From a virus (lineage: Duplodnaviria > Caudoviricetes), in the IMG/VR virus record IMGVR_UViG_3300033508_000475, positions 1 to 25,430 of that record: 25,430 bases of DNA. One strand, written 5' to 3'. Below the pieces are notes generated by a model that was not told the origin of the DNA, did no database searches, and saw nothing but the letters and a program-made list of their open reading frames with translations. Position 1 is the first letter of the stretch; every line of letters begins with the position of its first letter. Made by a program: the position numbers and the translations under genes. Below are positions 1 to 8,911 of the stretch, piece by piece.

Positions 1-162
1 ACTAAGATAGTTACAAATAATGAATCTAATATAGTAGAATATCAATCAATAAATTTAGATGATGCAAATATAATTAATAAATCTGATATACAAAAAAATA
101 ATGATAACTATATTATCTTAAATACTCAAATTGCTGCTGCTACTTCAACTTTAACTTATTAA
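1..162 (+). CDS. C-terminal end of the baseplate hub/Tal-like tail protein that starts at 23900 and wraps across the circular junction
   Basis: Frame 1 reads TKIVTNNESNIVEYQSINLDDANIINKSD...ILNTQIAAATSTLTY* (TAA 160-162). Bases 1-58 are identical to 25373-25430 and in frame with the 23900 ORF. Confidence 0.85.
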   Translation, partial: TKIVTNNESNIVEYQSINLDDANIINKSDIQKNNDNYIILNTQIAAATSTLTY

Positions 163-176
163 CATAATTATATATC

Positions 177-1592
177 ATGACTCAAATTAAATTTAGGCCT
201 TTATCAAATGTTAATTTTTTTAGTCAAATTTGAACAATAGCAAATCAACAAACATGAACTGTTAATTGTTTTAATTGGTGATGATGAAATTTAGAAAATG
301 ATTTTTGATTAATTGTTCAATGATCAATTAATCATTATTGATCTACAATTTTTTTAATTAATTATGACACTTTAACTAATTCTTCATCAATTTATAATTT
401 TGATATAATTGATTGATTTAATACAGAAAACTGATGGAATAAATCAATGTGGTTAAAAAAAGATTGATTTATATACCAATTTTTTGTTCCTTCTGTATCA
501 TCAAATAGAAAAATGTATATAAGAAGATTTATTGTTTGAACAACTGCTAATGCATCTTGAGTATTTAAATTAGAAAGAGATGTAGCTTATTGAACTTTAA
601 TAACTTGAGATAATTATACAACAACAACAACAGTGACAGCTAATCTAAATTATTGAGTTAAAATGATAAAACATTCTTGATATTTTGTTATATGTGTTTT
701 TTGATTCAATAATTGAATAACTACTAATACAATAACTTTTGATGTAGCAAATAATATTAATATTGTGAATCATAATCTTATTGCATCAAATTCAAATTCA
801 AGTGAAACTCAAAATATGATGAATTTTGATTCATATTTTCTTGTTCAGGCTCAAGCTTCAATTTGTACTATGTTTACATTAACATGAACAAATATAAATA
901 ACATTTGAAATGTAACACATTCTTTATTATGACGAGCAGTTATAAGAAATAGTCAAGGACAATTTAATAAATTAAAACAAAGTTGAAAATATATAACAGA
1001 AAGTTGAGCATTTATTTGATATTACAATGCCTGAAGTTTAACTTTACAGGCTACTTCTCTTTCAAGAAATTGAAATTGATTAGACAACTCTGTATTTCCT
1101 ATTAGATTAGATTCTTCTGTAATTTTTAAATGATTATTATCAACAAATTGGTCTATCGTAGATAATAATTTTAATTGACCAAATGAAAGTTTATTGCCAG
1201 TCATAAATACTTGGATAAGTAGAGTAGAACATGATAATGATACATATACTTTGTTATTAAATAGTTGAAACCTTTATACATTTCAAATAACTGAAAGTTG
1301 AAATGCTGTAAATTTTGTATCAACTTGATACATAGAAACAAAAGATTATGTAGTTACAGCATGATTTGCTAAATGTTCTTTCTCAGCAATTGAGAATTTA
1401 AATTGACAAACAGCAAATTATCAAGTTTCTTTTGATAGTTGAGCAACTCGAACATGAATAACTCTTAATTCTTTTCTTACACTTCCAACAACACCTTATC
1501 CAAGTTTTATTAGGTTAAAAGTGACTTTATCAACAACAAATGTAACTCAAACTAGTCAAGTAGATAAAATAAATTTTCTTTTACATAATTAA
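177..1592 (+). CDS. Putative tail fibre / receptor-binding protein (471 aa, TGA=Gly)
   Basis: Continuous ORF once TGA is sense. Asn/Thr/Ser/Gly-rich, beta-type composition. Lies after the hub gene and before the endolysin. C-terminal Asp-box-like motif YQVSFDSGAT[CGA]TGI. Confidence 0.65.
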
Positions 1593-1606
1593 AATATTAA
1601 TTAAAT

Positions 1607-2254
1607 ATGTCAGAAACAATTAATAAATTTGAAAATTGATTAATAGTTATACATCATACCGCATGATGAACATTAGATTCAATTAATAATTCTCATAAGA
1701 AAAGATTTTTTGATGAACAAAAATTAAAACAAGCTTTATGAAAAATTAATTGAGAAATAACTAAATATCCTTATATTGCTTATCATTTTTTAATTGATAA
1801 ATGAGTTATCTATAGAAATAGAGATCTTAATCAAGTTTGATACCATGCTTGAAATTGGAATGTAAATTGTAATTCTATAGCTATTTCCGTTAATTGAAAT
1901 TTTGAAAATGAAGAAATAACAGAACAAGATTTAAATTGTATTAAAGAAATCTTAAAAGAATTATGAGAAAAAATTGAAATAAAAGAAATAAAATGACATA
2001 GAGACATAAAAGCAACCTTATGTCCATGAAAAAATTTATATAAAAAACTTGATGAATTAAGAGAATTTGTTTTTAAAAAAGAAGAAAAACAATGAAAATA
2101 TGAAAAGATTTTTAATGATGAATTTTGATGAAAAAGTTCTATATATTATGATTTAAATAGTATTATTAATAATATAAAAATTGATAAAGAAGATTTATAT
2201 ATAATATTAATATGACAAGAAAGATTATATCAAGAAATAAAAAAAACTATATAA
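1607..2254 (+). CDS. Endolysin, N-acetylmuramoyl-L-alanine amidase (Amidase_2 / T7 lysozyme-like), 215 aa
   Basis: Motifs IVIHHTAGG, IAYHFLIDKG, VGYHAGNWNVNCNSIAISVNGNF and IKGHRDIKATLCPGKNL supply the Zn ligands His/His/Cys. The conserved glycines in these motifs are TGA codons. Confidence 0.92.
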
Positions 2255-2288
2255 TAAAATGTGTTTAATAAAATAAATATAAAAGGAG

Positions 2289-2321
2289 AAAAAAGAAAGC
2301 ATTATGCTTTCTTTTTTTTTT
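2289..2321 (+). terminator. Intrinsic terminator, probably bidirectional, closing the late operon
   Basis: AAAAAAGAAAGCA-TTA-TGCTTTCTTTTTTTTTT: inverted repeat with a long T tail 35 bp after the endolysin stop. Confidence 0.8.
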
Positions 2322-2411
2322 AAATAAAATATAAATAATTTTTTTTAAATATTATAAATTAATACATTATTAAAAATAAAATTATATAATTAAAAAAGAT
2401 TTTATATAAAA

Positions 2412-2436
2412 AAAAGATAATACTGTATTATCTTTT
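2412..2436. promoter_or_regulatory. Perfect 25-bp palindrome, operator or initiator site candidate
   Basis: AAAAGATAATAC-T-GTATTATCTTTT, 12-bp arms around a single central base. Confidence 0.55.
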
Positions 2437-2514
2437 AAAAGATTTTTTAAAAAAGTATAAAAAAGATATCAACGAATGAAAAAAAAAACTATATATTAAG
2501 TTTGTAGAGTTGAT

Positions 2515-2628
2515 TTAAGATATTAAGATATTAAGATATTAAGATATTAAGATATTAAGATATTAAGATATTAAGATATTAAGATATTAAGATATTAAGA
2601 TATTAAGATATTAAGATATTAAGATATT
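2515..2628. repeat. Perfect tandem array (TTAAGATA) x ~14
   Basis: 114 bp of uninterrupted 8-mer. TAA occurs in all frames on both strands, so it is non-coding. Confidence 0.97.
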
Positions 2629-2684
2629 CTCATTAACTCAAAAAATTTAATAATATTATTTTTTTATTAAAATAAAATATTAAA

Positions 2685-2798
2685 ATGAATAAAAAAGATA
2701 AAAAATTATATAAAAAACAAATAAAATTAATGAAAAAATTATCATTATATTTTTTAAAATTTAATAAAAAATGATGATATTTATTAAATATATACTAA
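2685..2798 (+). CDS. Small basic hypothetical protein (37 aa)
   Basis: MNKKDKKLYKKQIKLMKKLSLYFLKFNKKGGYLLNIY*, with a T-rich then A-rich leader like the other genes. Short and may be spurious. Confidence 0.35.
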
Positions 2799-3058
2799 AA
2801 AATTATTTATATTTATAAAAATATAAATAAATTCTTATATTAATATTTAATTATTATTTTATACTTATATCTTATACTTATATTTTATATTTAATTATTA
2901 TCTTATACTTATTATCTTATAATTTTAATTATAATATTATATATAAAATCTTATTTCTTAAATTTATGTATTTTAAAAATTAAATAATTATATTATAAAT
3001 AATATATTAGCTTAATAGCTTATAGCTTATATCTTTATCTTAAAACATTTAAAACATA

Positions 3059-3670
3059 ATGAAAATATATAGTATTAATTATTCAAATTTAAAAAATATA
3101 AATGATTTAAAAAATGAAGCATTTATTGAATATAATAATGAGAATAAAATAATGAATTGAAGACAAAAATTATGAAGTTCTTACGATTCTAATACTCATT
3201 CAAAAATATCAAATTGATTATTTTCTGAGAAAATATTTAATATTGCATTTCAAAAATATATTAGATCCGAAAATTGTTCTTTTCTACCTTTTGATTTTAT
3301 TAATCAAGAAAAAAATATAATATTTGATTTAAAAACAATGAATATAAATTGAGATATACAAAGAATTATTAATTCTCAAACATTTTATTTACAAGCAAAC
3401 TCTGTTAAAAAACTTAAAAAATATGCTGATAATAATAATTATGATTATGATAAATGTTATTATATAATTGCTATGTTAGATGAAAATATACAAGTATTAC
3501 ATATAATATATTCAAACAATTTTAATTTAAATAATATTTTAAAATTAGAAGCTGAATCTAAAATGCCTCCTTGGTCACAAAAAACTTGAAATTTACAACC
3601 AATTATGAATTATATATTAAAATATGATGATTGAGAAAAAAGAGAATTTAATGAAATGAATTTAAAATAA
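3059..3670 (+). CDS. Putative PD-(D/E)XK-fold nuclease (203 aa)
   Basis: GLFSEKIFNIAF (helix Glu) followed by LPFDFINQEKNIIFDLKT fits the E...PD...(D/E)xK layout. Confidence 0.5.
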
Positions 3671-3671
3671 T

Positions 3672-3743
3672 TTATATTATAAATATAAGTCCGTAATGAC
3701 AATAAACTAAATCTCCTTTTTAATTTATTATTCTATTAAACAC
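3672..3743 (+). promoter_or_regulatory. Repeated accessory-region promoter/leader element, copy 1 (truncated at 5' end)
   Basis: TATTATAAATATAA-GTCCGTAATGAC-AATAAACTAAATCTCCTTTTTAATTTATTATTCTATTAAACAC-ATG. Confidence 0.7.
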
Positions 3744-4292
3744 ATGAGAAAAGAAAAACCTTTAAATTTGAAATTAACTAAAAAAGAAATTGAAGATATG
3801 CAAATATTAATTTATAATAAATGTATGTCTTATAAATGAGAACCCTCTTATATTTTAAAATCTAATTCTTATTCTAAAGAAGATTTAAGATGAGAAATTT
3901 TTACATTTCTTATGAGATATTATCCTGTTCAGGAAATGAATAACTATGAAATGTATAATAAATATCTTGAAAAAAAGATAAAACAAACACATTTTGAGAT
4001 AGAAAATTTAATGAAGAAAAAAATGAAATGATTTGATCTTGTACAAATTGATAATGAAAATAATTATGTACAAATTGAAAATGATAATAATGAAGATATA
4101 ACAAATATAAAACTTATTATTAAAAATTCAATTAATGAAGAAATAACTGATGCAATGTTAGAAGATATTTATTATAGTCTCATTGATTGAAAAAGAAAAA
4201 ATGTTATAATTAAAATATCTTTTCCAAAATTGCGTCAAAAAATATGAATTGAATTATTAAAATTACAAGAAGAAAAAAATAAAGATTTATAA
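3744..4292 (+). CDS. Hypothetical protein, possibly sigma-factor-like transcriptional regulator (182 aa)
   Basis: ORF is clear. ILIYNKCMSY...YSKEDLRGEIFTFLMRYY loosely resembles sigma-70 region 2.1-2.2 (EDLxQE). Function is weakly supported. Confidence 0.4.
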
Positions 4293-4297
4293 AATAT

Positions 4298-4327
4298 AAA
4301 ATATAGCTATTTTTAGCTCTATTTTTT
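4298..4327 (+). terminator. Intrinsic terminator
   Basis: AAAATATAGCTA-TTTT-TAGCTCTATTTTTT, an imperfect stem with T tail just after the 4292 stop. Confidence 0.55.
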
Positions 4328-4414
4328 AATAAAAAAAGTTTTTTTAAAAAGAAAATAAGTTAAATTTTATTTGATTAAATCTATATTTTTAAATTTAAAA
4401 TTAAAAAAGTATTA

Positions 4415-4549
4415 AAAAAAGATTTTTAAAAAATATCTTATAGTATTATAAATATATAAACGCATCAATTATGTTAACTGACTCTATTGAGACTAACTAA
4501 TTAAAGCTTTATATCTTATTATTCTTTTATTTATTATTATATTAAACAC
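4415..4549 (+). promoter_or_regulatory. Repeated element, copy 2 (divergent middle)
   Basis: AAAAAAGATTTTTAAAAAATATCTTATAGTATTATAAATATATAAA, then a different spacer without the GNRA hairpin, then CTTTATATCTTATT...ATTAAACAC-ATG. Confidence 0.7.
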
Positions 4550-4852
4550 ATGACTAATCTACTTAATTATCTTAACAACAATTTAACATTTAAAATTTGA
4601 TATAATTGAGCAATTAATGAGCAAGAAATTATTGAACAATTAAAAAATATAAATGAAATTAATAAAAATGAATATGAATACAATGAAAATGATTGAATTT
4701 GAAAAAAAACTATAATGTTATGTAATAAAGAAACATTTACATTATATGAGATTAAATTTATTAAAAATAATATAAAATGTGAAGAATATTTATACTTTAA
4801 AAATATTGATAAAAACACTATTTTATTTGAAAAACAATTATTATATAAATAA
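4550..4852 (+). CDS. Hypothetical protein (100 aa)
   Basis: MTNLLNYLNNNLTFKIGYNGAINEQ...FEKQLLYK*. The stop codon overlaps the start of the next repeat copy. Confidence 0.75.
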
Positions 4853-4950
4853 AAAAGATTTTAAAAAATAAATAATAGTATTATAAATATATAAATATCC
4901 GAAATAACTATAAACTATTTCTCTTTTTATTTCTTATTCTTATTAAACAC
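4851..4950 (+). promoter_or_regulatory. Repeated element, copy 3
   Basis: AAAAAAGATTTTAAAAAATAAATAATAGTATTATAAATATATAAAT-ATCCGAAATAAC-TATAAACTATTTCTCTTTTTATTTCTTATTCTTATTAAACAC-ATG. Confidence 0.85.
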
Positions 4951-5451
4951 ATGAACAAATTTAAACTTGATATTATTAATATCTCAGAAGACAGATTAAA
5001 TAAAACTATTTTAGTTAACAAATTAAGACAATGACAATTAGAAAAAATTGAAATTAAAGATTGATATATAGAAGTTATATATCTATGAAAAAATTGGTAT
5101 GATATTAAATTAAGAGACATGAAAAATAATATGATTGCAGAAGCTAAAAGAAAATATAAATATGAAATAATAAAATTTTGCAAACAAATTTGGACAGAAA
5201 GATATAAAAATAATAACTTTTATACTTATATATCTAATACAGAAAGTTATTCAAAAATTTATATATCAAAAACAAAAAATAATGATTGTATTTTTGAGAT
5301 AAAAAATCTTGATAATAATAAAAATATAATGTATACAAATTTTGAACAAGCTGAATATTTTACATTTAATTCTAATTATAATTGCTATCGAGTACATAAT
5401 TGAGATATTGATAATATTAATACAAAAACTTTAGAAGCTTATTTAAAATAA
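4951..5451 (+). CDS. Hypothetical protein (166 aa)
   Basis: MNKFKLDIINISEDRLNK...TLEAYLK*. Contains the track ORF 5119..5403 as a fragment. Confidence 0.8.
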
Positions 5452-5489
5452 TAAAATTATTTCTTTTTATTCCTTATTCTATTTAAAAC

Positions 5490-6131
5490 ATGAAAAAAAA
5501 TAAAGATTTTATAAATAAAAAAGATATACTTAATACAAAAAATATAACTAAAATTGATATTAATAATAAAACTTCTTTAATAAAATTTAATTTTCAAAAT
5601 AAAACATATAATACAATTGAAAGAATTATACATAAAATTACAAAAAAAACCTTATTATATTATTATGATTTATCAGATGATTTAATAAATAGAATAATAA
5701 AAGTATCACATAAAATGAGAAGATTAAACACTAATAATGATGATTTTAAAAATATTTATAAACCTCGTTTTAAAAATATTATGAAATATGAAGATGTTTT
5801 TGATTTCTTTCCATTTGATTTTAATTTAGATAATTTTAATGAACATTATGTACATACATTTCAAAAAATTATTGATGATATATATGAATATAATATACAT
5901 GATTGAAGTAGAAAACATGTATATTATACTTCGTGACGAAATTGTTTACAATTAATACAACTTCAAAAACATAACAATATATATTATATTAATTATACAT
6001 TCAGAAGTCAATCATATAAATGTTTTTGATTAGATTTGATACAATTTGTATTGCCATTAATTGATAATATAATACATAATTGATGAGAAATTTGAGATAT
6101 AACATTTATGATTAATAATTTACATGAATAA
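5490..6131 (+). CDS. Divergent thymidylate synthase / dNMP hydroxymethylase-fold protein (213 aa)
   Basis: C-half HDGSRKHVYYTSGxNCLQLIQLQKHNNILYINYTFRSQSYKCFGLDLIQF...EIGDITFMINNLHE* parallels ThyA motifs in order: PDSRR, catalytic Cys, FQF, LYQRSxD, N177, GDF, H. Confidence 0.7.
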
Positions 6132-6243
6132 AAAAGATTTTAAAAAATAAATAATAGTATTATAAATATATAAATGTCCGAAATGACGATAAACTATTTC
6201 TCTTTTATATCTTATTTTTATTAATATGAATACTGAACAAATT
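6130..6243 (+). promoter_or_regulatory. Repeated element, copy 4 (extends through the first 6 codons of the next gene)
   Basis: Near-identical to 6970-7082. Hairpin GTCCGAAATGAC at 6176-6187. Confidence 0.9.
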
Positions 6244-6726
6244 AATTTAACGGTTAAATATTGTGATCAAAATCAAAAATGAAAACGATATGTTAAAAAT
6301 TGAATACATACAATATTTCTTGATGAAGATGTAGCAAAATCTTTAGAAATATGAGAAAATTATAATTTTTCTTTTTATGAAAAAAGTGAATTTAATCAAA
6401 GATTTTATTATTTCTGACAAAAATTTTGAAATTGTTCTGTAATAAGAAAAGATTATTGATTAGAATTATGATATGATACAGAAGAAATTAAAAAAGAAGA
6501 AATAATATCTTCTAAAGAAGAAAATAATAATGATAATTTTAATATATTAATTAAAAAATTAAATGATAAACTTGATAAATGAGAATATGATAATTATGAT
6601 TTAATTAAATTAAAAAATTTAATATTAAAAGTTGAAACAATTATTGAAAAATTAAATAATTATGATAATGAAACAATTATTAATAAGCTTGAAAACACAA
6701 ATGATTTTGATTTTTTTGATAATTAA
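6226..6726 (+). CDS. Hypothetical protein, possible single-stranded DNA-binding protein (166 aa)
   Basis: Beta-rich aromatic N-half (QKGKxYVKNGIHTIFLDEDVAKSLEIGENYNFSFYEK), helical middle, and acidic/aromatic C-tail NTNDFDFFDN*. ORF is solid; the SSB call is weak. Confidence 0.45.
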
Positions 6727-6776
6727 TATATAAATTTATTAAACTATTCCTTTTTATTTCTTTATTATAATTAAAA

Positions 6777-6971
6777 ATGAAATTTGAAAAAAAATATAAA
6801 TTATTTTGAAAAATTTATGATATTAATGAATTAATTAAATTATTAAATATTTTATCAATTAAAAATGATAAACAAGATACAAATATTTATATAATATTAG
6901 TTAAAAATATTATTGATAATACTAACATTTTAATAAGAAGAATAAATAATAAATATTATTTTATTAATTAA
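6777..6971 (+). CDS. Hypothetical protein (64 aa)
   Basis: MKFEKKYKLFGKIYDINELIKLL...KYYFIN*. Preceded by the 3' half of the leader element (AAACTATTCCTTTTTATTTC). Confidence 0.65.
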
Positions 6972-7082
6972 AAAGTTTTTAAAAAATAAATAATAGTATT
7001 ATAAATATATAAATGTCCGAGATGACGATAAACTATTTCTCTTTTATATCTTATTTTTTTTAATATGAATACTGAACAAATT
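6970..7082 (+). promoter_or_regulatory. Repeated element, copy 5 (extends through the first 6 codons of the next gene)
   Basis: Hairpin GTCCGAGATGAC at 7015-7026. Ends with ATGAATACTGAACAAATT, the same as copy 4. Confidence 0.9.
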
Positions 7083-7367
7083 ATAAACAATCTTAATACA
7101 TTTAATATGTTTAGATTAGAATTATTAAATATTATTATTGAAGATATTTATCAATTAAAAAATAATATTGATAAATGAGAAACATTTTATAAAAAATATA
7201 ATAAGATAAATACATCAATAAAAGAAGATAACTATATTTCTATAAAAGTCTTTAAAAATGATTATAATGAATTATATAATATTAAAATTAATTTCTTTTG
7301 TTGACGTTGTCATATTGATAATATAAAATTTGATGAATTAGCTTGAATTATATTAAAATATATTTAA
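7065..7367 (+). CDS. Hypothetical protein (100 aa)
   Basis: MNTEQIINNLNTFNMFRLELL...FFCGRCHIDNIKFDELAGIILKYI*. Confidence 0.75.
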
Positions 7368-7394
7368 AACTTTTATTATTTAATTATTAAAAAA

Positions 7395-7514
7395 ATGGAA
7401 AAATTACAAAAATTAAAAGAAATATTATTAATAAATATACTAAACTATATTTATATTTGAATATGTGTTATTATTTTAATTCAAAATTTTGAATTAATTA
7501 AACATATTAAATAA
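7395..7514 (+). CDS. Small single-TM protein (39 aa)
   Basis: MEKLQKLKEILLINILNYIYIGICVIILIQNFELIKHIK*, with the typical CTTTTATT leader. Confidence 0.55.
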
Positions 7515-7534
7515 ACTTTATTTATTACATTAAA

Positions 7535-8140
7535 ATGATAAAAAAACTTATTAAAATAATATTTCTATTATTAATATTTAATTTATATAATAGTATTATA
7601 TTTGCTTTTGATATAACTAAATATAATAATAAAGAAGAGAATATAATAATATGATGTATTAATAAAAAAAATGAAACTATTGATGTAAAAATTAACTCAA
7701 AATGAAAAAAATATTGTGATTATAAAAATATAATATTGCCAAAAAAATCACATTTATTAATATTTAAAGAATTATATTGAGATAATAAAACTATGATTGC
7801 TAATAGATTAGCATTAATTAATTTTGAAAGTGCATTTAATGAGTATGCAATTAGTCCTTGATGAGATTATTGATATATACAAATTAGATGATGAAAAGAA
7901 TATTTATGATTAATTAAAGAATCATTATATTATTTAGATGCTAGATTTATTGAACAAAAGATAAATTTATGTCAAAAAAAACTTAAGATAAAATCAGATG
8001 ATTATGATAATATATATAAATGTTTATTAATGAGACATAATTGAAGAAAAACATTAAATAATAATTATACTATTAGATGAATTAATACAAGAAATTATTA
8101 TATTAATTATTTTAAAAATAATAACGAACAAAAAAAATAA
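7535..8140 (+). CDS. Lytic transglycosylase (SLT / lysozyme-like fold) with N-terminal signal peptide (201 aa)
   Basis: LALINFESAFNEYAISPGGDYGYIQI matches the SLT motifs ES..N..A.S..GA.GLMQ; CLLMRHNG corresponds to AYNxG. N-terminus MIKKLIKIIFLLLIFNLYNSIIFA-FD is signal-like. Confidence 0.8.
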
Positions 8141-8181
8141 CTATATAACAAATATAACCTTTTATTTTATTATTTATTAAC

Positions 8182-8466
8182 ATGATTTATTACATTAAAC
8201 TAATGTTTTTAAAACAAAATTGAGCACATTGTGAAATTAAACGAGAAATTGATGAAAAAATATTCTTAAAATATGAAAAAAAAACTTCAGAATTTAAATT
8301 AAATTTTATTGAAAAGTTAGTGAAAGAACAACTTTTATTATTAAGAATGAATTATTTTTGATCTTTTGATTATAAATTCACTTGATTTAGATTAGAAAAA
8401 TTAACAACAAGACAAAAAAAAATAAGAGATGAAGCTATGATACTTATTAAAGAAAATATTAACTAA
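8182..8466 (+). CDS. Hypothetical protein (94 aa)
   Basis: MIYYIKLMFLKQNGAHCEIKxEIDEK...ILIKENIN*. Confidence 0.7.
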
Positions 8467-8493
8467 CTTTTTATTTAATAATATATAAAACAC

Positions 8494-8877
8494 ATGATTG
8501 CATTTATACTATTCCTTATTTGAATAATTATTCTACTTATGTTTATATTTTGAACTACAATTAAATTTGCTATTATATTCTTTATATTTATAATAATATG
8601 AAGTTTAATACCTATTTTGACTTGATATTATAGTTTTATTCTTGATAAAAAGAAACAATATAATAAAGAATATAAAAAATTATTAAATCAATGATATTTT
8701 GATTTAAAAGATAATTGAGAATGATGAAAATATCAAGAATTTCTTAATGATTGTTTTAATGATAAAATTGAAGAAGAAAAGATGAATTATTTTTTTGAAC
8801 AAGAAGATAAAAGATTAAATAAAGAAAATGATAACACTGAAGAAAAAATAAATAAATTTATAAATGATAATTATTAA
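8494..8877 (+). CDS. Membrane protein, two N-terminal TM helices plus charged tail (127 aa)
   Basis: MIAFILFLIGIIILLMFIFGTTIKFAIIFFIFIIIGSLIPILTGYYSFIL followed by a K/E/D-rich domain. Confidence 0.75.
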
Positions 8878-8911
8878 TAATATACTTTTAATTCTTAATT
8901 TAATAAAAAAA

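Noticed and set aside
2412-2436. Protelomerase target of a linear plasmid-prophage
   Set aside because: Short, odd-centred palindrome, and no protelomerase or partition genes were recognised.
2515-2628. CRISPR array or coding repeat
   Set aside because: No spacers, an 8-bp unit, and stops in all frames.
2255-3058. Phage-encoded suppressor tRNA(UCA) or other RNA gene
   Set aside because: No cloverleaf or T-loop GTTC signature was seen in the intergenic regions by eye; tRNAscan-SE or Aragorn would be needed to exclude it fully.
3672-7082. Repeated element as CRISPR repeats, integron attC sites or IS ends
   Set aside because: The intervening DNA is whole genes of variable size. No cas, integrase or transposase was seen, and there is no RYYYAAC/GTTRRRY attC structure or terminal inverted repeat.
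4550-7367. Equal gene lengths among cassettes (303 bp at 4550 and 7065; 501 bp at 4951 and 6226)
   Set aside because: No sequence similarity was seen within the pairs, so coincidence is the simplest explanation.
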